Shown: positions 41,914 to 52,489, counted from the first letter of the stretch. The stretch: DNA of 64,000 bases from an uncultured Candidatus Poseidoniales archaeon (GCA_902625885.1 CACODE010000001.1:26004-90003), one strand, 5' to 3'. Program-made: numbers and translations. The notes: generated from the letters alone by a model not told the origin.

Positions 41914-41951
41914 GGTGTTGGCAGTAGGCTTGCAGGTTTTGGTTCTTGCTT

Positions 41952-43715
41952 TCACAAATCGTCGGTCAAATCTTCATGGCAAAGCGTCAACGTCGATTCG
42001 TCGATCACCACGGCGTATCCAACACGCTCGAGTTGGACGATCGTGCCGACCTTGTGTTTGTGCCGCTCAAGCCGCCCTTCAATGTGGAAAATCGTGTTGT
42101 CCCTCGTGCCTGTGATGATGGCTTCCTTGCTGTTGTTCGTGGGTAACCAGTGCACGATGGGGCGTTTGTCGTTGCGCTCCATGCTCTCCACACGGGCTTC
42201 CCGGTCGTGGAGGGCAATGTTGGCAAACTCCTTCAATCGCAGGTCCATTTTATCCAGGTCCTCGCTTTCGAGCCATATTTCGCCGTTCGTTAGGGTCCAG
42301 CGACGTTGACCCATGGTTGCATCGTTTGGGTGCAGCGGTAGAGCCAATTCTTTGGGGTAATCACCAACGAGTTGGAAGGCTGCAGGGTGACGGACGAACG
42401 CCAATCGTGGAGCAGTCTTGTCAATGACACTGACGTTGTGCGAGTACAAGGTGGCGAGCGGTACTGAAATGTCCTTCTGCGTGATGCCGAGTTCCAACCA
42501 AAATTGCCGCAGTGCCATGGCTTGTATGCCTCGCTTTCTCAACCCTGCCAAGGTGGGAAGTCGCGGGTCGTCCCAACCGTTGTATTGACCGGCTTCAATG
42601 TCCGCCCGCATCTGCGAAGTTGAGAAACCACCCCATTCGTGAACTTTCACACGACCCCAGTACATGGTTTCGGGGTATGTCCATCCAAAGTGCTCGTACA
42701 GGAGGGTCTGTTTCCTCGTTGAATCCATTAAGTCCTTTCCTCGAATGATGTGCGTTACACCTTGCAGATGGTCCTCGACGGCGCTTTGAAAATCAAGCAA
42801 GGGCCAAACCATGTAGCGAGAACCGATTTCCGGCCGTGGATGCGGATGCTTCGCCGTGTCCTGCAAACGAAGTGCAGGCCAATCCCTCAGAGCGGGGTTC
42901 TTGAGCGTCATGTCGGTTTTAACGCGAACGACGGCCTCACCGGGTTTGAATTTTCCATCCAACATACGCTTCCAGAGGATTTGGTTGTCCTGAGGTGATT
43001 GGGTCCGGCAAGGGCAACTTGATTTTGAGATTCGGTATTCTTTGAATTCGTCCGCCGTGCACCGACAGACATAACCGAAATTTTCCTCCAACATTCGCGT
43101 GGCGTGTTCGTAATAGATGTCGATTCGATCCGAAGCGTAGACAACCCGGTCCGGTTGGCGTCCGGTCAACCAAGCGGTTTCTTCTTGGATGGTTTCGTAG
43201 GCTTCCAGCATCGGCGGTTTTACTTTCGTATCCGTGTCGTCAAACCTCAGAATAAACTCGCCGTCGTACATGTCCCTGTAAGCGGCGTTGATGATGAGGC
43301 CTCTTGAGTGTCCAAAGGACAGAGGGCCGTTCGGGTTGGGTGCGAATCGGAGAACAACCTTCCCTTTCGTTGCGTTTTTCAATTCGGGCAGCCCTTCTCT
43401 GCGTGCCTTTGTTTCCCTCTTTTCCAAGAGGTGGGGTGCTTCCCTCGCAAGTGTTTCCCGCAAAGCCTCCATACCTTCGCTCGCCGCTGTGGCGTTGGCG
43501 CTGGCAACGTGGGTCGCCACGAGGGCAGTGACCGCTTTTCCGTGTTGCCTGAGGTCACCTCGCATGGCCATGATTCGGCCAATCACCGAGCCGACGGCTG
43601 CCTGGCCTTCGTATTCCAACGCGTTTTGGAGAGCGACATGGCGTATGAGGTCCTGGGTCGCTTCGTCAGGCTCCCAACTCATGTCGCTCACGCCGTGGTG
43701 GTGATGCCCCTTCAA
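41952..43715 (-). CDS. gltX: Glutamyl-tRNA synthetase, archaeal/eukaryal class-I type
   Basis: RFAPNPNGPLSFGHSRGL (HIGH-type region). Size and overall conservation of archaeal GluRS. A KMSKS-like loop is present. Alternative ATG start at 43682. Confidence 0.85.
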   Translation of the reverse strand: MKGHHHHGVSDMSWEPDEATQDLIRHVALQNALEYEGQAAVGSVIGRIMAMRGDLRQHGKAVTALVATHVASANATAASEGMEALRETLAREAPHLLEKRETKARREGLPELKNATKGKVVLRFAPNPNGPLSFGHSRGLIINAAYRDMYDGEFILRFDDTDTKVKPPMLEAYETIQEETAWLTGRQPDRVVYASDRIDIYYEHATRMLEENFGYVCRCTADEFKEYRISKSSCPCRTQSPQDNQILWKRMLDGKFKPGEAVVRVKTDMTLKNPALRDWPALRLQDTAKHPHPRPEIGSRYMVWPLLDFQSAVEDHLQGVTHIIRGKDLMDSTRKQTLLYEHFGWTYPETMYWGRVKVHEWGGFSTSQMRADIEAGQYNGWDDPRLPTLAGLRKRGIQAMALRQFWLELGITQKDISVPLATLYSHNVSVIDKTAPRLAFVRHPAAFQLVGDYPKELALPLHPNDATMGQRRWTLTNGEIWLESEDLDKMDLRLKEFANIALHDREARVESMERNDKRPIVHWLPTNNSKEAIITGTRDNTIFHIEGRLERHKHKVGTIVQLERVGYAVVIDESTLTLCHEDLTDDL

Positions 43716-44455
43716 GAAATGCGTGACTCATCTTCATGAAACAATCGCTGTTGCACCGATGATTTTCGCCCTCGAACCGGCACATCGCCCCGCCGGTTTT
43801 GTTTCCAGAACCGTTTCGTGGTCGCCCATTCCCAACGAACTTGCTCGTCAATCCCGTTCTGGAGAACAAGCCTGTGAAGTGCAGCCTTGGTTGTCGGGTC
43901 GCTTGGGTATCCCGATCCCACATTGAAACCGTGCGATTCGCTCATCTGAACCATGGCACGGTCTCGCTCTTCCTTCGCCAGAATACTTGCCATGGCCACC
44001 ACCGGGTAGATTTCGTCAGCTTTGTGTTCAGAGACCAGGGTTGAGTTGTGCCATGGCCAGTCGCTTAATCCAGTCGCAATGCGTTGTGTGAACCGGTTGG
44101 CATCAACATCGCATGCGTCGGTTATGATTTCCGCACTTTCTGTTTTGGGCAGGTTTCCAATGGCCGTTTGAAAGGCCTCAACTTCCAGCCAATTCAGACC
44201 GCGGCCTTGCAGAGCTTCATCGATGCACTCAGGCGTAATAACAACCGTCGCGCCGTACCACCCAGCGCTGGTTGCATGGTTCCAGAACCACCGTTCGATT
44301 TCTGCTCTTTTTTTTGATGAGAGATCCTTCGAATCCCTTACACCCTGTTCGACCAGCAAACCAACATCGTCCGTTGGTATGGCACAAATCCCTACCACAA
44401 GAGGCCCCAACACTGGACCTCGCCCCGCCTCGTCCACACCCACCATCGTGTTCAT
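43712..44455 (-). CDS. rnhB: Ribonuclease HII
   Basis: MVGVDEAGRGPVLGPLVVGICAIP and downstream DSK..S motifs. 4-nt overlap with gltX start. Start placed just after the upstream gene stop (44460). Confidence 0.85.
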   Translation of the reverse strand: MNTMVGVDEAGRGPVLGPLVVGICAIPTDDVGLLVEQGVRDSKDLSSKKRAEIERWFWNHATSAGWYGATVVITPECIDEALQGRGLNWLEVEAFQTAIGNLPKTESAEIITDACDVDANRFTQRIATGLSDWPWHNSTLVSEHKADEIYPVVAMASILAKEERDRAMVQMSESHGFNVGSGYPSDPTTKAALHRLVLQNGIDEQVRWEWATTKRFWKQNRRGDVPVRGRKSSVQQRLFHEDESRIS

Positions 44456-44459
44456 GTTA

Positions 44460-46790
44460 TCAAAACTCCAAGTCGTCGTCAGGGTAGTGTTTTGGAAGGT
44501 TTTCATCTTCGGTCATGTTGATTATTCCAACCTTCGGTGAATCATTTGCATGAAGCAGGGCGTTGGCTTTGTCGATCGCCACACTGTTTGCTACGGCCTG
44601 TGGTGGTGAGTGGAATTCACGTTGCTGATTTACCTGGTACCCATGCATCTGTTTTGGAACGGCTGCTGCCATGTTGGTGGGTTGTTCGGGCTCCGTGTCT
44701 GTTTTCTTGAAACGTTCCATCCAGTCCTCAGATGTTTCTGACGATTCCTGGTAAGGCATGATGGCGCTGTTCGCCGCTCGCCTTTGCCGTGCTTTGATGG
44801 CTTGGAAAATGACGATTGAGGCAAACGCTACACTTGCGATCACACTCCACCAGGCTTTTGCCAAAAGAACCGCCGTCGATCCAAGTTCAGAAAGCACCGT
44901 TCCCCCATCTTCAGCCGAAGGTGCCGACCGGGATGCCCCGGTGTAATCAGCCGTTGTCGTGTGAACGAAGGCGGTCTCAGGTGCAAGTTGCGATGTCACC
45001 GTCGTGTTGATGTACACCGTTCCGTCCATCTGCTGGTCTTGTGGGAGTTGGACCCATGCCTCGATGGTGAAGTTTGAACCGAGCGGTATGCCACTCACGT
45101 CAAACGATCGAGGGTGTTTTACACCCGCTTCATAATTGGCCGACAAAGGAGGTACAAGGCCCATGTCAACGGCATGACTGGACCGAAGGTGTACCGTCAA
45201 GCCGTCCGCTACATTCCCGTTGTTGTGGGCCAGCATCGACAGCGACAGCCTCCCGTTTTCGTCAATGTTTTCTGAGATGCTCTGGAACGTCCAATTTATT
45301 TTTGCAGCAACAACAAGAACGACGACCGTATGATCGACAACGTTTCCAGTATCGTCCAAGAGCTCTATTGTCAGATTGTCTTGTGTGTAAGCGAGAGCAC
45401 TTTCCGCAGCGAAGATGTTTGATGCAGTGAACGTTTTTGTCTCTCCGGGTTGCAAGAGGAGGGTCGCCTCGGTCAGTTCCAATTCAAATGCCTCAGCCGT
45501 CAGTTGCCCGTTCAGCCTGAAGGTGTTGTACGAATTGCCCGTGTTGGTAGCGGTTAGCTCAACAGCGCAAGATTTACTTGGAGAGATTGATTGACATCCC
45601 TGTTGGCTGTGTTCGAGGAGTCCGGACGAAACTCGATCGATTCTTGCAACTGTTCTCGCCGTTTTCAGGCTGCTTTGTGCCCCACTTGCGAAGACCTGCA
45701 ATTCCACGTGCATCTCTCCATCAAAGGTGTTGGGTGCTTGAAATCCTATTTCGATCAGCCTCGTTTCATTGGGTTCCAGAACAATGTCTTCCAACCCGCC
45801 AAACAACGCCACAACCCAGCCGTTGCTGTTGAATCGGTCTGAAGGTTCAGTGTCGGCCTGCGGTGTGCCATCGGAAGCGATTGGTTGCAGCGTTATGTTC
45901 AGGGTGTTGGGGGTGTTGCCAACGTTTCTGACCAGGGCGCTGACCCTACCATCGCTGTTTGGTGCGACCGAAAGTGCGGCCTCAATATCATCGATGCTTG
46001 CATTCTTCTTTTCGTTCATTTGAAGGTCGAAACTCCATGTTGAGACCGCTTTGTCAAGACTCGACACAGCATCGAGTTGGAACCGTGGTCCGGTGTTGGC
46101 GAGCGGTGCGCCGTCAAGGACTGCAGGGACGTCGATCCAGATGGAAACAATGGCGAGTGCGTCGGGCTCCATGCTGATGTAAGCCTCGTTTCCGCTGATG
46201 TTTGGCATGTTCCAACCCCAACCCCAGCCTGAGTTGGTGTGCAGCGAGAACACCACGTTGTCAACATAGGAGGCGTTGTTTGTGATGTTGACGGCAACGG
46301 ACGTGCGCACCATTTCGTCCACGGTGAATGCAGAAACGCCCTCGACTCCAAAATTCAGATTTGAGTAGGGGACGATGTGTATTTCCATGGCTACGGTTTC
46401 GTTGAGGCCAGCATCCGTGTCGCTTAGGATGCTGAACGTGGTGCTGAGGTTTTGGAAAGCAGCGTTGGCGGGTGCTTTTATCTCGATGCGGAACTGATGA
46501 AGCTGGTTTGGTTCGAGCGAGGCACTTTGGGGCAGACCGACCACCAGCAACGGTTCGGGTACCTCGAGTGAATCTACCGTCAGTGTCTGTTCTGCACTCG
46601 CTGTGTTTTGCACGGTGATGAAGGTGATTTTTGTCTCGTTCTGGTGCACGTACACTTTGTCGGGCGAAGCGGTGCTGATGCCGGTATCGGAGGTATGAAC
46701 TCCATCGCCCATCCCAAACCCAACGGGTGCAAGGAGAGGCAAAAGGAAGATGGTAAGAACCAACAACCATCGCATGGCTTTGTGCAGCAC
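44460..46790 (-). CDS. Secreted 776-aa surface protein with repeated Ig/CARDB-like beta domains, C-terminal TM helix and ~110-aa acidic cytoplasmic tail
   Basis: Signal peptide MRWLLVLTIFLLPLLAPVGFG. Repeated N-x-[ST]-rich beta segments. TM WWSVIASVAFASIVIFQAI then KARQRR.. and acidic tail ending DDDLEF. Confidence 0.75.
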   Translation of the reverse strand: MLHKAMRWLLVLTIFLLPLLAPVGFGMGDGVHTSDTGISTASPDKVYVHQNETKITFITVQNTASAEQTLTVDSLEVPEPLLVVGLPQSASLEPNQLHQFRIEIKAPANAAFQNLSTTFSILSDTDAGLNETVAMEIHIVPYSNLNFGVEGVSAFTVDEMVRTSVAVNITNNASYVDNVVFSLHTNSGWGWGWNMPNISGNEAYISMEPDALAIVSIWIDVPAVLDGAPLANTGPRFQLDAVSSLDKAVSTWSFDLQMNEKKNASIDDIEAALSVAPNSDGRVSALVRNVGNTPNTLNITLQPIASDGTPQADTEPSDRFNSNGWVVALFGGLEDIVLEPNETRLIEIGFQAPNTFDGEMHVELQVFASGAQSSLKTARTVARIDRVSSGLLEHSQQGCQSISPSKSCAVELTATNTGNSYNTFRLNGQLTAEAFELELTEATLLLQPGETKTFTASNIFAAESALAYTQDNLTIELLDDTGNVVDHTVVVLVVAAKINWTFQSISENIDENGRLSLSMLAHNNGNVADGLTVHLRSSHAVDMGLVPPLSANYEAGVKHPRSFDVSGIPLGSNFTIEAWVQLPQDQQMDGTVYINTTVTSQLAPETAFVHTTTADYTGASRSAPSAEDGGTVLSELGSTAVLLAKAWWSVIASVAFASIVIFQAIKARQRRAANSAIMPYQESSETSEDWMERFKKTDTEPEQPTNMAAAVPKQMHGYQVNQQREFHSPPQAVANSVAIDKANALLHANDSPKVGIINMTEDENLPKHYPDDDLEF

Positions 46791-46867
46791 TTACCCCCTA
46801 TCAAGGCCTCCCTTGGTTGAACAAAAGAGGTCGTAGCATTCTTGAGTTCCACCTGAGTGGTCAAGAC

Positions 46868-47287
46868 ATGCCGCCGTTCTGGCCGTTCAAAAAGAAAGAG
46901 ATCGTGCCTCAGGTGAGGGAGGAACCGCCAGCTCCGGTGGTGTACCGGCGGGGCGAGGATCCGTACGCTCGTGCCTCGGTCGAAGCCGATCAAGCGGCCT
47001 ACAAGGACGCCTTGGCCCTGTTCGGAGGCGGTTCCCAAGAGGTAGCGGCCTCAACCGACCTATCCGCCGACTACGATGGTGTCGTCGATGCCTCAACACC
47101 GTCCGCCATGCCGGAGAAAAAGAGCGACGGTGCAACCTCGGAGGCCTCGCCAGGATCCAACGCCGATGATGAATTCACGTGGGTGCACCACAGCGACGGC
47201 TACCATTACAAACGTCTTGCCAGCGGGGCTTTTGAGCCAACACCGCACACAAAAAGCGGTGATGGAACCTATACGCCGTATTCGTGA
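46868..47287 (+). CDS. Hypothetical low-complexity (disordered) protein
   Basis: Protein-like but low complexity (MPPFWPFKKKEIVPQVREEPPAP..). The opposite-strand ORF is junk-like. Weak. Confidence 0.3.
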   Translation: MPPFWPFKKKEIVPQVREEPPAPVVYRRGEDPYARASVEADQAAYKDALALFGGGSQEVAASTDLSADYDGVVDASTPSAMPEKKSDGATSEASPGSNADDEFTWVHHSDGYHYKRLASGAFEPTPHTKSGDGTYTPYS

Positions 47288-47955
47288 TCAAACAGTCGGG
47301 GAATCGGCTGAACCAGGCCGGGATGGTTCTCGCGAACGTTGTTCACGGCCCTGCTTACCGGATACCGAACAACAACTCCGGCAGCGGGGGGGGCGGGCAG
47401 GACGCCTTTGGACAACCACGCTGAGACACCTTCACTGGTGAGCAAAACCGGCATCCTGTCATGGACTTCGCGACAGTCTAGGTTTGCTTCTTGCGTCAGC
47501 AGAACACAGGATTCGAGGTGGTCACCGTTCTTTGACCAGCCCTCCCACAAGGCAGCCATGAAAAGTGGCGACTCGGTTTCGGATTTGTGAAACCAAGGCG
47601 TTTTTCCTTGCGGTGTTGTCATCCATTCATACCATCCATTCGCAGGGACAACACCTCGGCGTTGTTCTGCTGCACGGCGGAACATGGGTTTGTCATGAAC
47701 CGTTTCCCTTCTCGCATTGATCGGCTCTCTGTTTGAGGGTTTGGCCCACGAAGGGCGAAACCCCCATTGCATCAATCGGAAATGACGTTGAACGTTCTGT
47801 TCCCCATCGACCCCAACTTCAGTGGCAACCGGCACGTGCTGTTGCGGGCAAACGTTCCAAGATGGCGCGAAAGGGGTCAATTCAGACAGCGGCTCGGCTG
47901 CGGCAACGGCCGCCAATTCCTTCATCGGTGTAAAGAGGGCGAAACGACCGCACAT
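47269..47955 (-). CDS. SOS-response-associated peptidase (SRAP/YedK/HMCES family, abasic-site DNA–protein crosslink enzyme)
   Basis: N-terminal MCGRFALF with the catalytic Cys2 after Met. Conserved SRAP core (..WGFRPSWAK.., ..PANGWYEW..). Confidence 0.8.
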   Translation of the reverse strand: MCGRFALFTPMKELAAVAAAEPLSELTPFAPSWNVCPQQHVPVATEVGVDGEQNVQRHFRLMQWGFRPSWAKPSNREPINARRETVHDKPMFRRAAEQRRGVVPANGWYEWMTTPQGKTPWFHKSETESPLFMAALWEGWSKNGDHLESCVLLTQEANLDCREVHDRMPVLLTSEGVSAWLSKGVLPAPPAAGVVVRYPVSRAVNNVRENHPGLVQPIPRLFDHEYGV

Positions 47956-47964
47956 AGCCATGCC

Positions 47965-49728
47965 TCAAACAGGGTCTTGTGCCACCGTCATGAGTTTCTC
48001 AAGGTCAAATTCAGCACCGTTGAGCGGAACCCGGAGTTCGTATATTGATGTGACCGCAGGGTCCAATTCACCGAAGCACCCAACCCACGTGCCGTTGATA
48101 ACCACCTTCGCGGCGCGTCCGGCTAGCCACGGTCCATCGCCCGGTTCCAGCGCTTCTGCGGACCAGTCGGCAACACCCAAGTCGTTGCATAGTGCCTGAA
48201 TGCGACCACGTACAGCAGCAAAGCCTCCGCTTTTTTCAGCCGTCAGAAACGCCAGCCGATCCGCGTTCTTGTGGTTTCGAACAACGCTGCCGAGTTCGTA
48301 CACCGATTGCGGAAGGTCGTGATGGCGGTTGGTGGCAAGCAATTTCAACAGCCCGGGGAGGAGATGGTGGCGCAGAACGGTGTGTTCGACCGTGATGGGG
48401 TTGGTGATGGACGTGATTTCATGCTGGGGCTCCCAGCGCATGTTGGTGAACTGGTCACTTTCGTTGGAGAGCGTGAGCGATTGAATCTGTACCATGCCCA
48501 AACCCTGCATGGACTCACGCAACCGCCGGCGAAGGTGGTGGTCAGGTCTCGGCAACCCCGTCAGTGTTGCTTTTGGAACATCGGTACCGAGGTCCTCATA
48601 GCCATGGCCTATCGCCACCTCCTCCACCAGGTCGACTGGGTGAAGCAGGTCAAACCTCCATCGCGGGAGGGTGAGCACCAATTCCGATGTGCCGGCACTT
48701 GCTGTTGCCATGCGATTTGAATCGCCGGGCGCTCCTTCTGGTGCGGGTTGGCGCCCCTCAAAGCGACCTCCCATACGTTGGATTGCCTGTTGGATTTCAT
48801 CGTCGGTCAGGGTGATGCCCAACAGGTTTGAAAGCAATTCTTCCGGGACGATGTGTTGCTTGCCCTCACCGACAGGCAGGACTGCGATTTCACCATCGCA
48901 TCCGGTCACCTCAACCGATTCAACCGTGCCGCCTCGCTGAGAAAGTTGCAGGCAAATGAGCATCAGGGCAGCCTCGCACGCACGACGGTCCCAACCCGTG
49001 ACATCGATGAAGAAATCCTTCGTCGCATGGGTTACGGCGGTCTGCTCCCCGTTGATGATGGGGGGGAAGGAGAGGACCTTGTTGTCGCTGTCGTAGATGA
49101 GTGGATAGCGTTCCATACCGTCAAGCAAGTGGGCGTAATCAACGCCTTTGGGATGGGCGTTGAGAATCTCTGTCAAGGTCATCGATTTCTCGCTGGCAAG
49201 GGGTGTGAACGACGCTTCTTTTTTCACGGCTTTGACATGAAAGGGAGGGGAGATGGTGGCCAAGTCGTGAACACCGATGGACGCTCGTTTGCGGCCCCTA
49301 CCAAGGGCGAAGTGCAACTTTTCCTGATGGTCCATGAGCGCTTTGACAAACGCCTCAGCTTCTGGTTCAGGAACGGCGACGTTGCGCACCACGGCTCCAT
49401 AAACGATCGGTCGTACATTGGTCAAAGCGGCGTCGACGGTCATTTTTATCCCACTTGGCTTGACATTCATGTCCGGATTTGCGGGCATGCCGTGAAGGAA
49501 ATTTAGCATCGCGTAAGCCAACGTCTCACCGCTGAGCAAATCCGGCCTGTCTGGAAAAATTTCAATGTCAAGCACCTCGTCGTCGCAGGCATCAATGTCC
49601 GTTCCAAGCAACGGCAACTCTTCGTTGACCTTGCCGATGTCGTGCTTGTACCCGTGCTGTTCAATGAGTTGCCTCAACAACGACTGTGGTACGGAGATTG
49701 TTGGCACTTGCATCACCTGGCGAACCAA
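47965..49728 (-). CDS. pheT: Phenylalanyl-tRNA synthetase beta subunit, archaeal type
   Basis: ..MQVPTISVPQSLLRQLIEQHGYKHDIGKVNEELPLLGTDIDACDDEVLDIEIFPDRPDLLSGETLAYAM.. matches the archaeal PheT N-terminus; B3/4 and B5 regions follow. The ATG at 49713 (MQVPTISV) is possibly the true start. Confidence 0.85.
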   Translation of the reverse strand: MVRQVMQVPTISVPQSLLRQLIEQHGYKHDIGKVNEELPLLGTDIDACDDEVLDIEIFPDRPDLLSGETLAYAMLNFLHGMPANPDMNVKPSGIKMTVDAALTNVRPIVYGAVVRNVAVPEPEAEAFVKALMDHQEKLHFALGRGRKRASIGVHDLATISPPFHVKAVKKEASFTPLASEKSMTLTEILNAHPKGVDYAHLLDGMERYPLIYDSDNKVLSFPPIINGEQTAVTHATKDFFIDVTGWDRRACEAALMLICLQLSQRGGTVESVEVTGCDGEIAVLPVGEGKQHIVPEELLSNLLGITLTDDEIQQAIQRMGGRFEGRQPAPEGAPGDSNRMATASAGTSELVLTLPRWRFDLLHPVDLVEEVAIGHGYEDLGTDVPKATLTGLPRPDHHLRRRLRESMQGLGMVQIQSLTLSNESDQFTNMRWEPQHEITSITNPITVEHTVLRHHLLPGLLKLLATNRHHDLPQSVYELGSVVRNHKNADRLAFLTAEKSGGFAAVRGRIQALCNDLGVADWSAEALEPGDGPWLAGRAAKVVINGTWVGCFGELDPAVTSIYELRVPLNGAEFDLEKLMTVAQDPV

Positions 49729-51287
49729 TGCGGCAACGACCGCTCATAACCCGCAAGCCTCAATCCACTCACGGCTGCGGTTTCATGATTGAGCGCTCTG
49801 AGGTGCTTTCGCTCCAACATGTCAATGCTGTTGATGCCGATGCGGCGGAGCTCGTTGGCCAAATCGTCTTGAGTGCCTTGGAGCCAATAGGCGATGTCTT
49901 CCGCATCGGCCATCGGCGCTGCGCAACTAACGATGTCCACTCCCGAGGCCACGAGAACGGCGAGGTCGTGACCGCTAGCGGCAAACCCGAGAAGGAACCC
50001 GGTCTGAATGGTGTCGGTGGTGATGTGTTCTTTTTTTGAGCGAGCGGTCATCGGCAAAGCCGCAGCTTCCGAGATGCCCGAGCCGTCTTCAATTCGGGCC
50101 ATCGCAACCTCGGCGTTGTGGTGCACGGCGCGTGCATGCAGCGACTGCACGCGACTGATTGAATCCATGAGAACAGCAGGCGCGTTTTCTACGGCCATCG
50201 AACGGAGGGCGACGAGCAATCCGTCCAGATGTTCGGCGTTCATTGGCGGCAGTTGGGCAAGGTCAATGGCAAACCCACCAGCAGAACCCAATTCATCGCC
50301 TGTTGAGAGAATGTTGTCTCTGCTAACCACCAAAATATCAACCGCTCTGGGTTCCATCGAAACCATGGCTGGATGACGTTCGAGGATGCTCGTCAACGCA
50401 TCATCGGCAGACTTCGCTGGGGTCATGGTGGCGCCAGAATCAACGGCCGGGAGCAGCGGCAATGGAAGGGCGAGGGATTGCACGTGGTCGGCGAGACCAA
50501 CCAACGCCACCGTGTCAACCGTTTCGTAGGGGCGGAGTTGTTGCTCGTCACTGGTCAAACCCACACCCGACAGGTCGTCGGTGGAGACTGCATAACCGGA
50601 CCGCTCCATGCTCAACCCTTCAGCGGGAACCAAACACACAGCATCCGAGGGGACGTGCATGGTTTCGTCTTCCAAGAGTTTGTTGATTTCGTTGAGTTCT
50701 TTTTTTGCCAGAGGTCGCAAGACGACGCCGGGTGGAGGCGTCGGGCATCGTCCGTTGATGACAATTCTTCCTCCTGTCATGCCAGCGCCGGGATCGGCGG
50801 CAACATCGCCGTGAACAACCAAAAGACCGTCAGACATGCCACCGCCAACTCGGGCGCCAGTGGTTCCCCTGACAAGCAGACAGCCACCGCTCATCTCGGC
50901 GCCAGCATCATGGCCGCAACCCTCCAAAACAGTGAGGCTACCTCCTGCCATTCGATAACCTGCAAAATCCCCCGCCATCCCTTCACAGGTGATGTTGGTC
51001 CCTTGATTGGCTGCGCCCAAGAACCCCTGTGCATCGCCTTGCAAGGTGAACGAGCCCCCCTTGCCGAAAGCGGCGACCCACGATCCCAAGGCACCCAACG
51101 CTCTCAATCGAGCGCCTTCAGGGAGCGCAGGGCAGAGCCCAAGTTCACCGTTTTTTGGCACCGGGTCGCCTGCGTTTGTCCAGCCGATTCGCAGTATAGC
51201 GTTCTGCTCAGCCGCAGCAAGAAGCCTCGGTCCGAGTTTTTGGTTGATGTTCATCGACCGCTGCACGACCTCGGAAACATCCGCCAT
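49713..51287 (-). CDS. GXGXG-motif protein (glutamate synthase large-subunit C-terminal-domain-like / FwdC-like beta-helix)
   Basis: GAANQGTNITCEGMAGDFAGYRMAGGSLTVLEGCGHDAGAEMSGGCLLVRGTTGARVGGGMSDGLLVVHGDVAADPGAGMTGGRIVINGRC is the repetitive GXGXG beta-helix. Start moved to ATG 51287 (MADVSE..) so as not to overlap the divergent gap gene. Confidence 0.75.
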   Translation of the reverse strand: MADVSEVVQRSMNINQKLGPRLLAAAEQNAILRIGWTNAGDPVPKNGELGLCPALPEGARLRALGALGSWVAAFGKGGSFTLQGDAQGFLGAANQGTNITCEGMAGDFAGYRMAGGSLTVLEGCGHDAGAEMSGGCLLVRGTTGARVGGGMSDGLLVVHGDVAADPGAGMTGGRIVINGRCPTPPPGVVLRPLAKKELNEINKLLEDETMHVPSDAVCLVPAEGLSMERSGYAVSTDDLSGVGLTSDEQQLRPYETVDTVALVGLADHVQSLALPLPLLPAVDSGATMTPAKSADDALTSILERHPAMVSMEPRAVDILVVSRDNILSTGDELGSAGGFAIDLAQLPPMNAEHLDGLLVALRSMAVENAPAVLMDSISRVQSLHARAVHHNAEVAMARIEDGSGISEAAALPMTARSKKEHITTDTIQTGFLLGFAASGHDLAVLVASGVDIVSCAAPMADAEDIAYWLQGTQDDLANELRRIGINSIDMLERKHLRALNHETAAVSGLRLAGYERSLPHWFAR

Positions 51288-51423
51288 GATGCAGGGTCGT
51301 GCCACCACCACAAATAGCCTGCTGTTCGCACGCCACGCAGGCGGGGAATTGCTGTGCTTTCGTGTCAGCGGGTCTGAAGAAGTCTTTATTGACGGCCTTG
51401 GTGAGCAGGGATTAGGGAAGGTT

Positions 51424-52461
51424 ATGGTCATCAAAGTGGCAATCAACGGCTATGGAACAATCGGCAAGCGCGTCGCGGACGCCGTTGATGCACAGGACGA
51501 CATGGAAATCGTTGGCGTGACCAAAACCCGCCCTTCGTTTGGTTGCGATTTGGCCGTTCGAAAAGGCTACCCTCTTTACTGCACGTTCGACGAGAAAGAG
51601 AAAATTGCAGCGTTTGCAAAGGCTGGATACACCTGCCATGGTGGCTTGACCGATTTGTTGGACGTTGCCGACGTTGTGGTCGACTGTTCTCCGGGAAAAG
51701 TCGGTGCAGCGAACAAATCAGCGTACGTTGATGCGGGTGTCAAATTTATTTTCCAAGGCGGTGAAAAGCACGATATGGTTGGCATGTCCTACACGTCATC
51801 CGCCAATCATGAGGCCAACCTCAACGCCGCAGGAACCCGGGTTGTTTCGTGCAACACCACCGGTCTCTCGCGTACCCTCGTGCCGCTTTACGAGCATTGT
51901 GGGTCGCTCAAAGTTGAGTGCACGATGATTCGACGAGCTGCCGATCCTGGCGATTCGAAAAAGGGCCCCATTAACGCCATCAAACCCGTTCTCAAGGTGC
52001 CCTCTCACCACGGCCCTGACGTGATGACCGTCAAGCCCGAAATCGATATCAATTCCATGGCTGTAGCGGTCCCAACCACCCTGATGCATTGCCACTCCAT
52101 CGTCGCCTTCCTCCCCGAAGGCCACGGCTTAACCACGGCATCCGTGTTGAAGTTGTGGGCCGAGCATCCTCGCATCATCATCATGAACGGTGGAGAAACC
52201 AACATCACAACGACCGCCGAAGTGATGGAATACGCCAGGGACATTGGAAGAAAATGGGGCGATTTGCACGAGATTTTCGTTTGGGAAGACGGCGTGAAAC
52301 TGGACGGGAACACCCTGTATTATTTTCAGGCCATCCATCAGGAATCCGATGTTATTCCAGAAAACATTGACGCCATTCGTGCGCTGATGGGAACGGAATC
52401 CGATTGGCGTGTCTCGGTTGCCAAGACCGATAAAGCCATTTTTGCCTACAACGGTTTGTGA
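51424..52461 (+). CDS. gap: Glyceraldehyde-3-phosphate dehydrogenase, archaeal type II
   Basis: MVIKVAINGYGTIGKRVADAV (NAD-binding GxGxxG). Conserved archaeal GAPDH blocks (SCNTTGL, catalytic Cys region). The track ORF from 51007 is 5'-over-extended. Confidence 0.9.
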   Translation: MVIKVAINGYGTIGKRVADAVDAQDDMEIVGVTKTRPSFGCDLAVRKGYPLYCTFDEKEKIAAFAKAGYTCHGGLTDLLDVADVVVDCSPGKVGAANKSAYVDAGVKFIFQGGEKHDMVGMSYTSSANHEANLNAAGTRVVSCNTTGLSRTLVPLYEHCGSLKVECTMIRRAADPGDSKKGPINAIKPVLKVPSHHGPDVMTVKPEIDINSMAVAVPTTLMHCHSIVAFLPEGHGLTTASVLKLWAEHPRIIIMNGGETNITTTAEVMEYARDIGRKWGDLHEIFVWEDGVKLDGNTLYYFQAIHQESDVIPENIDAIRALMGTESDWRVSVAKTDKAIFAYNGL

Positions 52462-52489
52462 ATATCAAGGCTCTTCCACGAGCGCAGGT

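Noticed and set aside
51288-51446. 5' extensions of the GXGXG gene (to 51446) and of gap (from 51007)
   Set aside because: Both extensions are reading-frame artefacts that would make the divergent genes overlap. Conserved N-termini (MADVSE.. and MVIKVAINGYG) begin at internal ATGs.
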